NCBI RefSeq assembly: GCF_001194135.2
Contig: NC_068981.1
Coordinates: 198,949,315 to 199,013,314, forward strand
Length of the DNA stretch: 64,000 bases
Source of the DNA: Octopus bimaculoides
Lineage: Eukaryota
Direction of reading: 5' to 3'
Shown in pieces: positions 39,300 to 52,665 of this stretch. The position numbers were made by a program, and so were the translations under genes. The notes beneath the pieces were generated by a model that had not been told where the DNA came from, did not search any database, and saw only the letters and a list, made by a program, of their open reading frames with translations. Numbering within the stretch: position 1 is the first letter of the stretch; each line of letters starts with the position of its first letter.

Positions 39300-42002
39300 T
39301 GTTGATATTCTTTAACTGCGTATTTACGTTAATTTATCCAGAAATTCTTCCAATATTATGTTTCTAGTCTAATATAATCCGGTCTTCCAATCTAAGATTG
39401 TTCCTAGTCTAATATAATCAATACATTCAAGAGACCTTAAATTCAAAGTTTATCACTAGTATTATTATTGTCATCAAGACATTTGTTGATTAACCTTCGA
39501 TAATTAGATGCTCGCTTGGTAAGCTTTATCGGTCGTGTAGTTGTTTAGTCCGAGGTAGGTCTTTGGTCCCCTCCTTTTTTTCTACCAACATTACCTTTTT
39601 CAAGGTATTCCTCTATTGTTAAGAGGATAAGGTATAATTTGAGGGAGACTTGGTTGTTATTTTTAGTAGTGCAAATCGCTGTGCAAAAGCTGTAAGCTCC
39701 TATGTATGTGTTTGTATATATATATATATATATATACACACAGTACATGGTGAAACTGGAGTTTAGAGTTCCCAGCTGAGATGTAAACATGAAAGCTGTT
39801 CTAGCCATGACCATCCAGTTCTTTTAGAAGAGTATGTGTGACTCTCCTTTTTAAGAAACAACGGTGTAATGTGATAATATTCTGCTGCTATTTTTAGCAG
39901 AGTGTATGGGGAGAAAGAGAGGGGGGTCTGCAATAATGGTACCCAAGGTACAGGAAGTGTCAGATATAAACAATATGGTAAGGAAACGGAAATATATCAA
40001 AGATGATGAAGCGTTCAACTCATTGAATATTTTCAACAAGTTTCACCTGCATAGAATGGTAAATAAACAAAGAATAGTTTAGTAAATAAGATATTGGTGA
40101 TTGGAATTAGTGGTGTTAGTTGCAGAAGGATTTATCTCTATATAATTGGCCTAAAAACTAAGATGGAATATTGAAACATGCGAGTGAGGAGAAAAAAAAT
40201 AAAAATGAAAGCAGGTTTTGATGTTAAATAAAAGAAAAGAGAGAGATGGTTTCACCGTGACATGTAAAGGAATGTGTCTGTGTATATACATAGAAATAAT
40301 AAATATAATTACTGGTGGAGTACGAAGACTACGAGTACAGGTTATTTATATAGAAATAGACTTCAACATGGGTCATTTTTTTTTGGTTGACAAAATTTAC
40401 CTTATCTTTCGATTCTTCGTTTTCGGTCGGAAATCTCTGCCGAATTTCTGCCATTTCTCTGTGAAGCTTTGTTTTTGTTTTCGTCGTACAGTTTTTTTGG
40501 GGGGTTATTTTGTGTTTTTGGCCAATTAATTAAAAATTTCAATATTAAACAATAAATAAATTTCTAGCTTTCTCTCTCTCTCTCTCTCTTCGTCATTTAC
40601 AATTAACAAAATCCTTGTTGAGAAATAAATCTTCTTCTTCTTCACGACGCTTTCTGAGGCTTCTTCTTTCTTTCTTTCTTTCTGTCTGTCAGGTTATTAC
40701 AATAACAACAACAGCAACAACATCAACAGATACTAAATATTAAATACTACGGCTGTTATAACAACATCATCCGCATGCAAATATATTAGATTGTTGTTGT
40801 GTGTGTTGTGACAATAACGGAATACCTGGTGGTGTTAGTTGGTGGGACATTAGGCAGAAAGTCAATTAGTAAGACGACACGGCACAGGTAGGTGGAGATC
40901 GATTATATAGATTGGAATTCACACAAACATCAAAATCAGTTTGTATCATAATAGTGATATGGACACTCATCAATGTGTGTGTCTATATATAAGGCAGTTG
41001 TGTATAGTATTACTGTATATACATCGACATATATGTGGTGTGTGTGTTAATGAGTGTATATGTAGCTATATGTACGTTCGTGTGTCTATATATAAACACA
41101 TACAAACATATTTATGTATATATACACATATATACACACACATATATATATACGGAGAGAGAAAGAAAGGATGTCTCACAGTGGTAGCAGTAGGAGGGAA
41201 AATAGTAATAGTAAAAGAGGGGGACGAGAAAGATTAGAAAGTATAAACAACACAAATTAAGAGGGAGGAAGGACGATTAGAGAATAGAAATAATAAAAGC
41301 GAGGGTGGAAAGAGAGGTATTAGAAAGAGTAAAGACGAAAGGGAGGTGAAGAAAGAGTGGCAAGGGAGATGTGAATGACAGAGCGACAGGGAGAGGAGAA
41401 GACGAATGTAGAAGTAGTGGGAGTAAATCACGAAGAATATCGTACAGTCTCGTACATGCGGATTTTGATTTTTATTTTAATAAAGAATAAATAGACGTTT
41501 ATAGTGTAATAGAAAAAAATTCCTTAATTGCTTAAATATGATTTTAGATGTAAAAGTTGCGAACGAAGCTGAATTTGGGAAAAGGAATTGGAAAAATAAT
41601 GACGTTTGATTTCAGTGAGAAATATGTAAGGGGAGGTAATAATGTTGTTATGTAAGGTAATGAAAGCTGCAACAGCTGGCTTGCAGTTGGATAAGAAGCA
41701 GTAACAGTTGGAAAGCAGTAGAAGCAGCTGAGCAGTAACAGCTGGAAATGAAGTAGTGCGGGAGTTAGACTGAGAAGCAGCAGTGGAAGTAGTAACAGCC
41801 GGTTAGCAGTGGAATATGAAGCAGAGTAGCAGTAGCCTTTAGCACAATAAATGAATAGTAATATCTCTAGTGCTAGATACATGGCTGGTAAGTAGTAGTA
41901 GTAAGAGCAGCAGCAGCTGATGGTGTAGTCGGTGCTTGTAGAAGTAGTAGTAGGTGGGCAAGCCAGCATCGAACACCAACACTTCAGTAGTTTATAGTAG
42001 AA
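39300..42002 (+). promoter_or_regulatory. Probable promoter/5'UTR region at the edge of a CpG-retaining domain
   Basis: Abrupt rise in CG dinucleotides, few old SINEs, a (CT)n tract at 40569-40590 and several + strand splice signals (e.g. ccgag|gtaggt ~39555, aatatg|gtaagg ~39978) upstream of the ATG exon. The TSS cannot be fixed from sequence. Confidence 0.45.
40693..40887 (+). other. Candidate non-coding 5'UTR exon
   Basis: Very strong acceptor ttctttctttctttctgtctgtcag| and donor CAG|gtaggt. No long open frame. Confidence 0.45.
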
Positions 42003-42110
42003 ATGGCAGCCACCACAACAAGTAAGGTGCTGTCTGTTATTAGACGTGGGTCCTGCCGCTCACCACTGACAGCCTCGAGGATTTTATTTACCGGCAACAA
42101 ACATTTTCAG
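42003..42110 (+). CDS. First coding exon, mitochondrial-targeting-peptide-like (MAATTTSKVLSVIRRGSCRSPLTASRILFTGNKHFQ)
   Basis: AAAATGG start context, 36 codons rich in R/S/T/L/A with no D or E, phase-0 donor CAG|gtaaat. Gene identity not recognisable. Confidence 0.65.
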
Positions 42111-42139
42111 GTAAATCATAAAAAACTAAACACACACGC

Positions 42140-42174
<35 letters not shown>

Positions 42175-42449
42175 CATACACTTAAACACACACACATATA
42201 TACATACACACGCATGCATATATATATATGTTTATAATATAGAATTGTGCTTTAATGAATGAATGAAAACTTTTAGTATTGTTTTTATAATTGTTTTTTT
42301 TAAAAATTAGTTGTTTGTTTATGTATTTTTACACTGTCTCAAAAATGTAGACACATTCATATTTCGGCCTGTCACTCCTTACATTCTTCATCTGTGGTTC
42401 ATAATATTACATACATAACTAAACATACACGCATATATGCCTTGTGATA

Positions 42450-42768
42450 TGTCTATATCTATCTGTCTATCTGTCTGACAGTCTGTCTATCTTATCTACT
42501 TCCTTCTTATCTCTCTCTCTTTCTATCTATCTATCTATATGTCTATCTATCTATCTATCTGTCTATCTATCTATATGTCTATCTATCTGTCTATCTATCT
42601 ATATGTCTATCTATCTATATGTCTATCCATCTATCTATCTATATGTCTATCTATCTGTCTATCTGTCTATCTATCTATCTATCTATCTATATGTCTGTCT
42701 ATCTGTCTATTTGTCTGTCTGTCTGTCTGTCTATTTATCTGTCTGTCTGTCTATCTGTCTATCTATCT
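42450..42768. repeat. Compound (TCTA)n/(TCTG)n microsatellite
   Basis: Direct inspection. Confidence 0.95.
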
Positions 42769-42885
42769 GCTGTTAAATACTCACTACGTTTATTTAAATA
42801 CATACAAATAGGTGTGGGTGTGTATAAAGTTAAATTCATCAGTTTTTCATTGGAAAATTTATATCAATTTTTTCTATGTTATTCT

Positions 42886-42921
<36 letters not shown>

Positions 42922-43267
42922 ATATATACATACATGTATATGTCTATGCTGTACTGGCTGTCAAATGTATGTGCAGGTGCTTGTAGCTATTGCATACACG
43001 TATAAATATATAAATACATATATGTGTATATGTATATCATATACACATACGCAGTGTGTGTATAAGTTCTTTTTAGTTTATTAATCTGACATTCTTTTCT
43101 TTAACTGTTTCTTATCTTTCCATTTTGATTCACTCCCACAGACACACACCAGCGTGTGTCTCTATCATTTTGACTCTGAATTGCACCTCTGTACAACCAA
43201 ATTCACTCCGAGGTGCGTCTGGTGGTGCGGAGGCGCAATTCTGCGCCAACCTCCCAAAGTGCGCTCG

Positions 43268-43381
43268 GCGCACACACACACACACACATGCGCGTGCGCG
43301 CACGCACACACACATACGCGTGCGCGCACACACACACATATGCACGCGCGCACACACACGCACGTGTATGTGTGTGTGTGT
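43268..43381. repeat. 114-bp purine-pyrimidine alternating tract rich in CG/CA
   Basis: Uninterrupted RY alternation including GCGCGTGCGCGC blocks. Confidence 0.9.
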
Positions 43382-43485
43382 TTGTTGTATGTACGATTTT
43401 GTATATGTCGATATGTATGTAGACATGTGATGTTTATGTGCATATGGGGAATATGTATATAATGTTTTTATTATAAATGTGCGTG

Positions 43486-43516
<31 letters not shown>

Positions 43517-43734
43517 ACACACACACACACGTTTCTATGATGTACGTATATTATCTATACAAGAGGAGTGTGTAGTTGGTGATGTGTTTCTACTTTCAAA
43601 AACAAATGGTGGGGAAGTTCAGGCAAAGGAGAGGTTATTCGACACTTGGAAGCAGAAATACTTCGTGAAACTTCTCTTTCTTTGCTACTATGTATCTACA
43701 CCAAGGTGTAGATAACCTTTCCTGTGTATGTAGG

Positions 43735-44390
43735 TGGATATATATATATATGTGTGTGTGTGTATATTTCTGTATATTTCTGTGTATATATGTATGTATA
43801 TGCATATGTGTATGTATGTATGTGTGTGTATGTATGTGTGTGTATGTATGTATGTATGTATGTGTATGTATGTATGTATGTGTGTATATGTATATAGATG
43901 TGTGTATATGTATATAGATGTGTGTATATAGGTAAGTGTATATATATGTATGTTCATATGTATATATCTATGTTTATATGTATATATCTATATGTGTGTG
44001 TGTATATCTGTATATATATATATATGTGTGTGTATATCTGTATATATATATATATGTGTGTGTGTATATGTATATATCTGTATATATATGTGTGTGTGTG
44101 TATATATGCTCCAACATGACCGCAGCCGCATGGCTGAAACGAGCAAAAGAGTAAAAGAATATGTGTACATATGTGTATCTGTACACATGTGTGTGTATAT
44201 ATATATATATGTGTATATGTGGGTGTGGGTGTATATATATATATGTGTGTGTGTATTTATGTATATAGACACATGCATACTTTTGTATTTGTCTATATAC
44301 ACACATAAGGTATTTCCGCATACACGTAGATGCATTCATACACATCTATCTATACGTGTGTGTGTGTGTGACTACACACACACACACATA
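43735..44390. repeat. Compound (TA)n/(TG)n/(TATG)n microsatellite field
   Basis: Direct inspection. Confidence 0.9.
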
Positions 44391-44723
44391 TGTACATACC
44401 CAGGAAATAATTACAGGAGCAGTTTTAAATTTCTCTTGACAACTTGAAAATATTACTCTATTTTATTTCTTTCTGAATATTTGTAATTTGTTTCTTTTCA
44501 AAATATAGAGAGAAAGGTTTTAACGGTTTAAAAATATTGGCAATAGGAATAATGCTAGTTTGGTGAAAAGGCAGTTTTTTTCAAGTGGTTATTTCGGCGG
44601 TACGTTAATTAACAATCTGGGTGTGGTAGTTTTATAATTGTATGCTCTCTTTCTCTCTCTCGTTATATATATATATATATATATATACACTTACATAAAT
44701 TTGTTTATAGAGACGTGTGTGTG

Positions 44724-44758
<35 letters not shown>

Positions 44759-47018
44759 TTGTGTTGAACTTAAATACTTGTAAATGATTATTAGGCCTGG
44801 ATTTTCCACTATTTATGCTGAAAACCGAATCATTGCAACGTAAATTACTTGTTTGCTTCTTTTTCTACAGAAACCTATCTTTGATGTGGTAATATCTGAG
44901 AATGGTTGAGAGAGGAATGTGTGTACTCGACTGTTACATCACGTCTTCTACAGCTGTTCTTTAATTTTTGCTGTCAGAAACTACATTTGTCAAATATTAT
45001 CCATTAACTTTGCTTTTCTTGTGCTGCTTCTACTGTTGCATTTCAATCTGTTCTCCTGGCCTCCATCTCCCCATTGCCTTCCATACATGTCTCAAATCTA
45101 TGGAAGCAGCAATTGATGCTATTCTGTGAAGCCGCAAGCCGGTAATTTCGTCTTTGCTCGCTGTAGTTCCTCTTTCATGACACACACGGCCACACAAACA
45201 CTGCTGCAACTGGTTTAGTTCTTATTTAACTCCAGTTGAATTGTTCCAGCGCAGCTGATATTCCAACCGTAACCACCACGACTTATTCAAATAGTATTTC
45301 CAGTATATTGTCCTTCCATTTTAAGAAGCAATTGCGAGATTTGGTTGTTATTTCTAGCATGTCAAGTGACCATTCTCTTTAGATAAGCGCGGTGATATAT
45401 TTTTTTAAAGTGTTTTATTGGCAACCCCAGTGACTATTGGAGTTGATGAGGGCCAATACATCGCACCATCCATTGCCTGTTAAATAGCGACCATTTAGAA
45501 ACGGTTTTTCCTCAAGAAACACAACGAGAGCAAATCTCTGCAGAGTTTTGCTCTCAAATAGTCACAGGAGCAGCTCTGAAAGCCAGTATATTTCTGTGTA
45601 ATGAGTTTTTGTCTTCACTGGAGTCCAATGTGACTATCACTACCAAATAAATTTTAACAGAATTGTTGCTTAATTCTGCAACACTCTTGATTGACTAGCC
45701 ATTCCCGCCATAAATACCTCGCCTTTTATTCAGGCATAGTGCTGGTAACCAGAGAGCTATCATCGAATGCGGTGATTCTCAACCGTTTTTCTTTATTTAT
45801 TTACCTATGAACTCCGTGTCATTCCTGCTTTACTTGAATGGTCTCTCCTAGCCATTCGATGTTTAAAAAATCATATATCTTCAATTAAATATAATTTGTG
45901 ATTATGTGAATTGTAGAAGTTATAGCAAATTTATTGCTGATAAACTTGAACAACAAAATCTTAGATGGACCCTAGGTTGAGAACCACCGATCTGTTGTGT
46001 TTCTATCAAAAGAGTAAGGGTGTGGTTCGAAGATTTGACGGCTTTTTCTAGCAAATTATGTTGTCATCCGGATGCTTTCTTGCTGGATCCTTGCTATTGT
46101 AACAGACAATCATGAAATCGAAACCCAAGCATCAAGAATGTAAAAGTTGTAAACTTGGTAAAACTGTTTCTTTTGCTTCTACCGAATTCCTTCTCTTTCA
46201 ATGCAACTCGGTCATCGTTCTCTATATATTCTAGATTTGTATTCTTAGTTTGTATGACGAAATTATCTTTAATATATTTTAAATTTTAATATTTAACTTA
46301 TAGGTCTGTTTAAAAAATTTCTTTTAAGATATTGTTTTCCGCCCTCCGTGTGAAAGTTTATGTAATTGTACTATCGTGTACTTCGTGTACTCCAATGACA
46401 CCTTTAAACTCCGGGTGTTCAACTGTGTGACTGAAGGCCTACATAACCGAATGTGTCTTGTCAGTGGGGTGGGGTTTGGCTACTATTTCTTAACTGCTGG
46501 AACAACTACGTAGGTATCTTGTTGCTATTTTAAACCTGAAATACTTCTTCATCCATTCTGGTTATGTAATAAAAGACAATTCCATACAAAACTTGGCCAA
46601 CTGCGAGAAAGTCACTTTTAAACCTCTCTCTCTCTCTCTCACTCACTCACTCACTCACTCACACACACACACACACACACACACACTGTTACAAATATAT
46701 TTTCTTAAGTGAATGGTGGGTAGCAGAATCGTTTGGGCGTCGGGCAAGATTTCTTGCGATTATTCATTATGGTTCTTTATGTTCAGAATTCAAATCCCAC
46801 TGTAATAAACCGTTATTCTTCCTGGGGGTCAATAACAAATAATACAAACCAAGTACTTAAGATCGCTGATATCGATTAACCCTCTTCCCTCCAAATTGCA
46901 GGCATTGTGTCTAACTCAGAAGTAATTATTGCAAATATTGCATTTAATCATTCAAGTTTACTATTATTATTATTTATTGTTATTATTATTATTATTATTA
47001 TTATCATTATTATTATTA

Positions 47019-47560
47019 AGCTGACGAGCATTCCGAGCGAAGTGCTCAGCGGCATTTCGTCCGTCTTTATGTTCTGAGTTTAAATTCCACCTAGGTTGAC
47101 TTTACCTTTCACCCTTTCGGGGTCGATAAATTAAGTATCCGTTGTATACTGGGTCGATGCAATCGACTATCCCCTTTTCCCCCCAAATGTCAGGCCTTGT
47201 GCTTATAGTCGAAAGGATTATTATTATAATTAAAAGCGGCGAGCTGGCAGAATCGTCAGCACGCGCCAGGCGAAATGCTCGGCGTTATTTCGTCCATCTT
47301 ACGTTCTGAGTTCAAATTTCGTCGAGGTCGACTTTACCGTTCATCTTTTCGGGTCGATCAATTAAGTACCAGTTGCGTACTAGGGTCGATGTGATCGACT
47401 AGTCCCCCCTCCCTCCACTAAAATTTCAGTCCTTGTGCCCTTAGTAAAAAGTATTATTATTAAGGCAAAGAGCTTGTTGCAGAATCGTCCGTGCGTTGGA
47501 CAAAATGCTTGGCGCAATTTCTTCAAGCTCTTTACATTCTGAGTTCAAATACTGCCATGG
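47019..47560 (+). mobile_element. Tandem array of three family A SINEs (third truncated), CpG-intact
   Basis: Units start at ~47019, 47233 and 47461, each after a (TTA)n tract. Head GCGGCGAGCTGGCAGAATCG...GTTCTGAGTTCAAAT. Further + copies at ~46715 and ~49400. Confidence 0.85.
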
Positions 47561-50500
47561 CTAATAGAATAGATACAAGTCAAGNNNNNNNNNNNNNNNN
47601 NNNNNNNNNNNNNNNNNNNNNNNNNNNNNNNNNNNNNNNNNNNNNNNNNNNNNNNNNNNNNNNNNNNNNNNNNNNNNNNNNNNNNNNNNNNNNNNNNNNN
47701 NNNNNNNNNNNNNNNNNNNNNNNNNNNNNNNNNNNNNNNNNNNNNNNNNNNNNNNNNNNNNNNNNNNNNNNNNNNNNNNNNNNNNNNNNNNNNNNNNNNN
47801 NNNNNNNNNNNNNNNNNNNNNNNNNNNNNNNNNNNNNNNNNNNNNNNNNNNNNNNNNNNNNNNNNNNNNNNNNNNNNNNNNNNNNNNNNNNNNNNNNNNN
47901 NNNNNNNNNNNNNNNNNNNNNNNNNNNNNTATATATATATATATATCTTCCAATTTTACTATCGACAGTTTTATTGATTGTCTGCTAGGAGAGTCTAACT
48001 GTAAATTCCATCTGCTGCCGCCAACGATCCTCTTCTTCCTCGCTGCTGACAAGCTTGCTATTGAAAGAGTTACGATTGCCTTCATCGTCATAGCACTGAT
48101 TCTGTTTACAACTATTCTCTCTCTCTCTCTCTCACGAGATGATAGTATTTCTCCTTTTACTATTTGTCCTTTTCATTCCCTGTTCTAGTTTTGCCAACAT
48201 TGATGTCTTCACCTTTTATCCTTCTAATAAATACCAGTCAAATACAGGGACAAATTCAGTCGACTTCACCTTCTCTCATCAAAATCTTTGGCCTTGTGTC
48301 TTATGTGCCTTGTTATTACTGCTTTGTTTTATACGAGATGTTCCTGTCTCACCCAGTGACCTCAAGTAACAAGTTGAACGCTTTACTATGGTAGTTATTT
48401 ATGGTTAGCAATTATATATTGCTGAGAAAGACCAAATACTGGGAGTTATGATTTTGTTAAACATTTGTTGTAATATTTGCAATTTTGAAATAGTTTTAAA
48501 GAATTAGATAATCTCAAGTTCATACTTTCTTAGGATGTGGGCAGTACTCATGAGAGCATTTTTTTTTTTGTAGGGTTGATACTTTTGGGTTACCTGAGAT
48601 TTTGCCCTAGTATTTCAAAGTGTCGTTTATCTCCTTATTATACCCAAAAACTCTGTTGATCATGGGTACAGTTGTTCTTAGATGCCATGTTTTTGAAACC
48701 TCGGCTTTAAGGTACTTATTGTTAACTGGTCGAATGTTTTTTCACTGAAGTGTTGGTGTCTTCAGGGATTGACACATCAATGCACAAACATGTTTGCCAA
48801 TGGGATTTTTTTTTTTTACCACAGTATCTGGTCTTGTGGCCTTAATTAAGCTCGATCACTTTGAATACTGGTACAACACCGACTTTCTTGATAATGATGG
48901 TCAGGAACCTCTTATGAATCTATTCTAATTTCAGGGCAGGAACTTCACATTCCTGAAGCTGCCAGACTAGTTTACTGATACCTCTTTCACTGTACAGCAT
49001 TGATAATCTTCGATTACTTATACTAATATACAAGTGCCTGTATTCCATTTAATTATAATTTGATATTTGTTTAATTTAGAGTGTGTTGAGGAAAGTGACC
49101 ACTCCAACTCAGAAATTTTAGTAACTTGGAAAGGCATTGTAATCAAAGGTTTCAGGAAATCGATGTTGTATCTGTACTAAAGTCTCAGAGAACAGCAATG
49201 TCTTTATTTTCTACTACTTTGGCAGGCTTGTGTTCTCATCAGCTCTTGTCATATGGGAGTCCAGACCGATGGTGTATGATCCAGTGTAATTATTTATTAA
49301 GTGTATCACAGTGATTATATTCTTTTGAGGCTGACATAGAGCAGCCAGAAATGAGGTGGTCCGTTGTTTCTCTGGCTGTCCTATGTTAATGGCGATAAGG
49401 TGGGAGAATCGTTGGCACACTGGGAAAATGTTTAGCCGCATTTATTCTATCCCTTTACATTCTAGGTTCAAATTTTGCCGAGGTCGACTTTGCCTTTCAT
49501 CCGCTAGGAAGTCGATAGAAATAACTATCAGTCAAGTACCGGGGGTCGATGTATTCCACTTATTTCCTTCAATAAAAAAAATGGTTGTCCTTGTGCCAAA
49601 ATTTGAAACCTTTATTATTAAAGCATATTGTTTAAATAAGCTGCACTCTTCTTGTTGGAAATAGAGTTGTGTGATGTTGCAGTTTCATTTGGACTCTGAC
49701 AATTATTAAACACAAACGAAACTGATATATTCTAAAGTGTTTCATCATGTGTAAGATCACATGATGGTGCATTATGTATACCATTGGTTTCGACAATAAT
49801 GCTGCACACAGGTGGTGTTACCACGGGGATACAGGTAATGATACCATAGATACACAGGTGACGACACCGTAGGTATACAGGTGATTATTACAGATATGCA
49901 GGTGATAATACACGCACACACACACGTTAATTTGTTACGGGTACACAGGTGATGATATCACAGGTATTCAAGCAATATTCTTTTCGCGATGCTTTTCAGT
50001 CGTTTTCAAACATGACTTATTTCATTTACGAGTAGGTCTGCATTATTCCCCTCCCACCCCCGTTGGAATAAAATATAATTTACAAAAACTAATCGATCGA
50101 GTTCTTAAATAAACGATTAGAGTTTATAAATTGATGGATTATGTGAACTAGTTGTCATAATGTCACTGTTGAGGTAGCAAGTGTTGTCATTGGGAAACTT
50201 GATTCTGTCACGACTAGAAATCCTTGTTTCTTTCAAAAATTGGTTTCTTTTCTTTCCCGAAACTTGTTTGAAGAACTTCTAATTTCAACAGTCAATTTAA
50301 AATAAACATTAAAGTTGCTAACCTAGGCATTGTCACTCATCTTTACCATTAAATACCAATGGATTTGGGGTGGGCGGGGGTCACATTCCTTAGCCTAGTA
50401 GTGGTGTCGACTGATTCACTAAATATATTTTATGGCGTGGAAGAAAGTATCAATATCTGTGTATTACTATCTTGTGTGTGTGTGTGTGTGTTGTCTTTTT

Positions 50501-52613
50501 TAAGGAAACTAAGAGAGTGATTGTGACAGGTGCTATATTACCTCTGTGTGTGTGTGTCTGTGTGTCTGTGTGTGTTGAAGCAGTACAACTAGTTTGACGA
50601 GTTAAATGAGGGTGGTGTATTGGCAAATAGTTGAACACCAGCTGCGAACCCTTGACCTCAATCATCAACGAAAATCTGCGCTAGAAGATAGGAGGGAGGA
50701 AAGGGGAATATTGCAAGGCGGAAAGAAATAGGATTGCGAGGGAGAAAAAATGGTTTCTTCTTTCCGTTTCTAACAGAGTGAGAAGTGCGCCAAATTGGCG
50801 CCACCTCCCTCACTATTGAGGTGAAAGAGAGAGAGAGAGAGAGAGAGAAGGCTATGAGTTGCTTCACGTATAATTTCTCTCCCCCCCCCACTACCTTGAT
50901 GCAATTAGTTACAACAGCAGAATTTCATATAGATGTGTATATTTATATATACACACATTGACGAAACTATTAACACACACACGCACACAGACAGACACTG
51001 CTATTAGGAATTGCTTCGCCGTTTTAACTACACCTCTCATTTGCATTAACGATTACTTCAGCTAATTGTCACCATCACATGCTACCCCCCTCCCCCATCT
51101 CTACCATATGTTCAACGTTAAAAGATGTAATACCAACTGACTGGGGAAAACCTTTTTCCATCAGTCTCCCGTGTATTCTTCTACGTCTTGTATTTTCCAA
51201 ATGTATTTTCACAACAAACTTGGCGTGGAAGACCAGTAAAACATTTGTTTTTTTCTGTTCGAGATTCAAAAGGAAAAAAAAAAAGAAGAGAAAAATGCAT
51301 TATAATTAGAGGTGTTGGTGGTTGGGAGGCAAGAGAAGAAAGTACGTCCACTTCTACATTGCTTACTTGAAACTGGCCTTTTTAGATCGGTTTATTTGAA
51401 GGATTTTATGAAGATGAAAGTTACAAAAGTTTATTTTATTTATTTAGTTTTTTTTACAAACTGCTGTGTGGATGTAAGGAAGGATTAGTTTAACACATTA
51501 GCCTTGACACTGAGCCTGTTGGTCGTGTCTCTCTCTTACACACAGGCAGAGACATAGACGTGTAGACAGACAGACAGACAGACAGACAGATCGCGATATT
51601 TGGGAATGCGAGTCCTTAATATTTGTAGTATGATGAACAAAACAAGATGCTGTCTTGTTTTCAAGCAGGTGGCTGGTTAAAATTTATTCTAAATTAGAAA
51701 GAGAACGTGCATACACAGGTGTGTGCCCATGCCAGCATGGAAAACGGACGTTAAAGGAGGAGGATGGCGTGTGGGAATATATATTTGTATGCGTATATGT
51801 ACATGCGTGTACACATATATTCATACATGCAAAGCTAAGCGATGCTATATACCCCCTCCACCTTCCGCTGCTCTAATCTCAGTATACTGTACTTACCTGA
51901 CACACTCCATTCTTTACCACACAAATAATACAGCTTTTGTAAGAAAACACTCTACAAGAGAATCACTGTTCCCTCGTCATTTGCTTTCTCCTGGTGTTGA
52001 CTTTACCCTTCAATGCCTCTAGCATTTATAAAAAGTTCAAGAATACATTGGAAAACTAGTTGAAAGAGTGGAGTATTTTTTTACCATAAGCTATAGATTC
52101 AATATATTAGCCATCATAATTTTGTGTCCACTTGAGTAGTAAGTTGTTTAACCCTTGGTCGAACCTGATCAAACAGGCCCATGATAACAGGTACTCCTAT
52201 CTTAGGTTACATAATCTAATGCAGCCTTCTGGTTTATAGTGTCTTAAGGTATGATTTGATTGTGATTTGCTTGCTATTTCTAGCACGTGTGATGATGCTA
52301 TAAACCCTCTCTTATTGGTGGTGATGTCTTGCTCACATTAGTGACTATTTTAACCCTATTTATTTTTGTTTTTTATTGAATTTTTATTCAAAAAAGATGT
52401 TTTGAAAGTCTAAGACTGCTACAATTTCTGTAGCACATGTCACATGTTTCCACATATCGCAGTGTAATGTTGCAATCAGTCTACTACAATGCAGTTATCA
52501 TACTGCCTTACCTGATTTTTAACAAGGCATCTCTTCTTTCTCTTACACACACACACACTCTCTTTCTCTCTCTCTCTCTCTCTCTCCTGCCTCCTCAATC
52601 AATATACCCACCA

Positions 52614-52665
<52 letters not shown>

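Noticed and set aside
41544-41969. 141-aa hydrophobic minus-strand ORF
   Set aside because: Antisense of a degenerate GCA/GTA-rich 5' region directly upstream of the + strand ATG. No recognisable domain or splice context.
37940-44447. Many I/Y/H/T/V/C-rich and S/V/C/L-rich ORFs
   Set aside because: Microsatellite translations.
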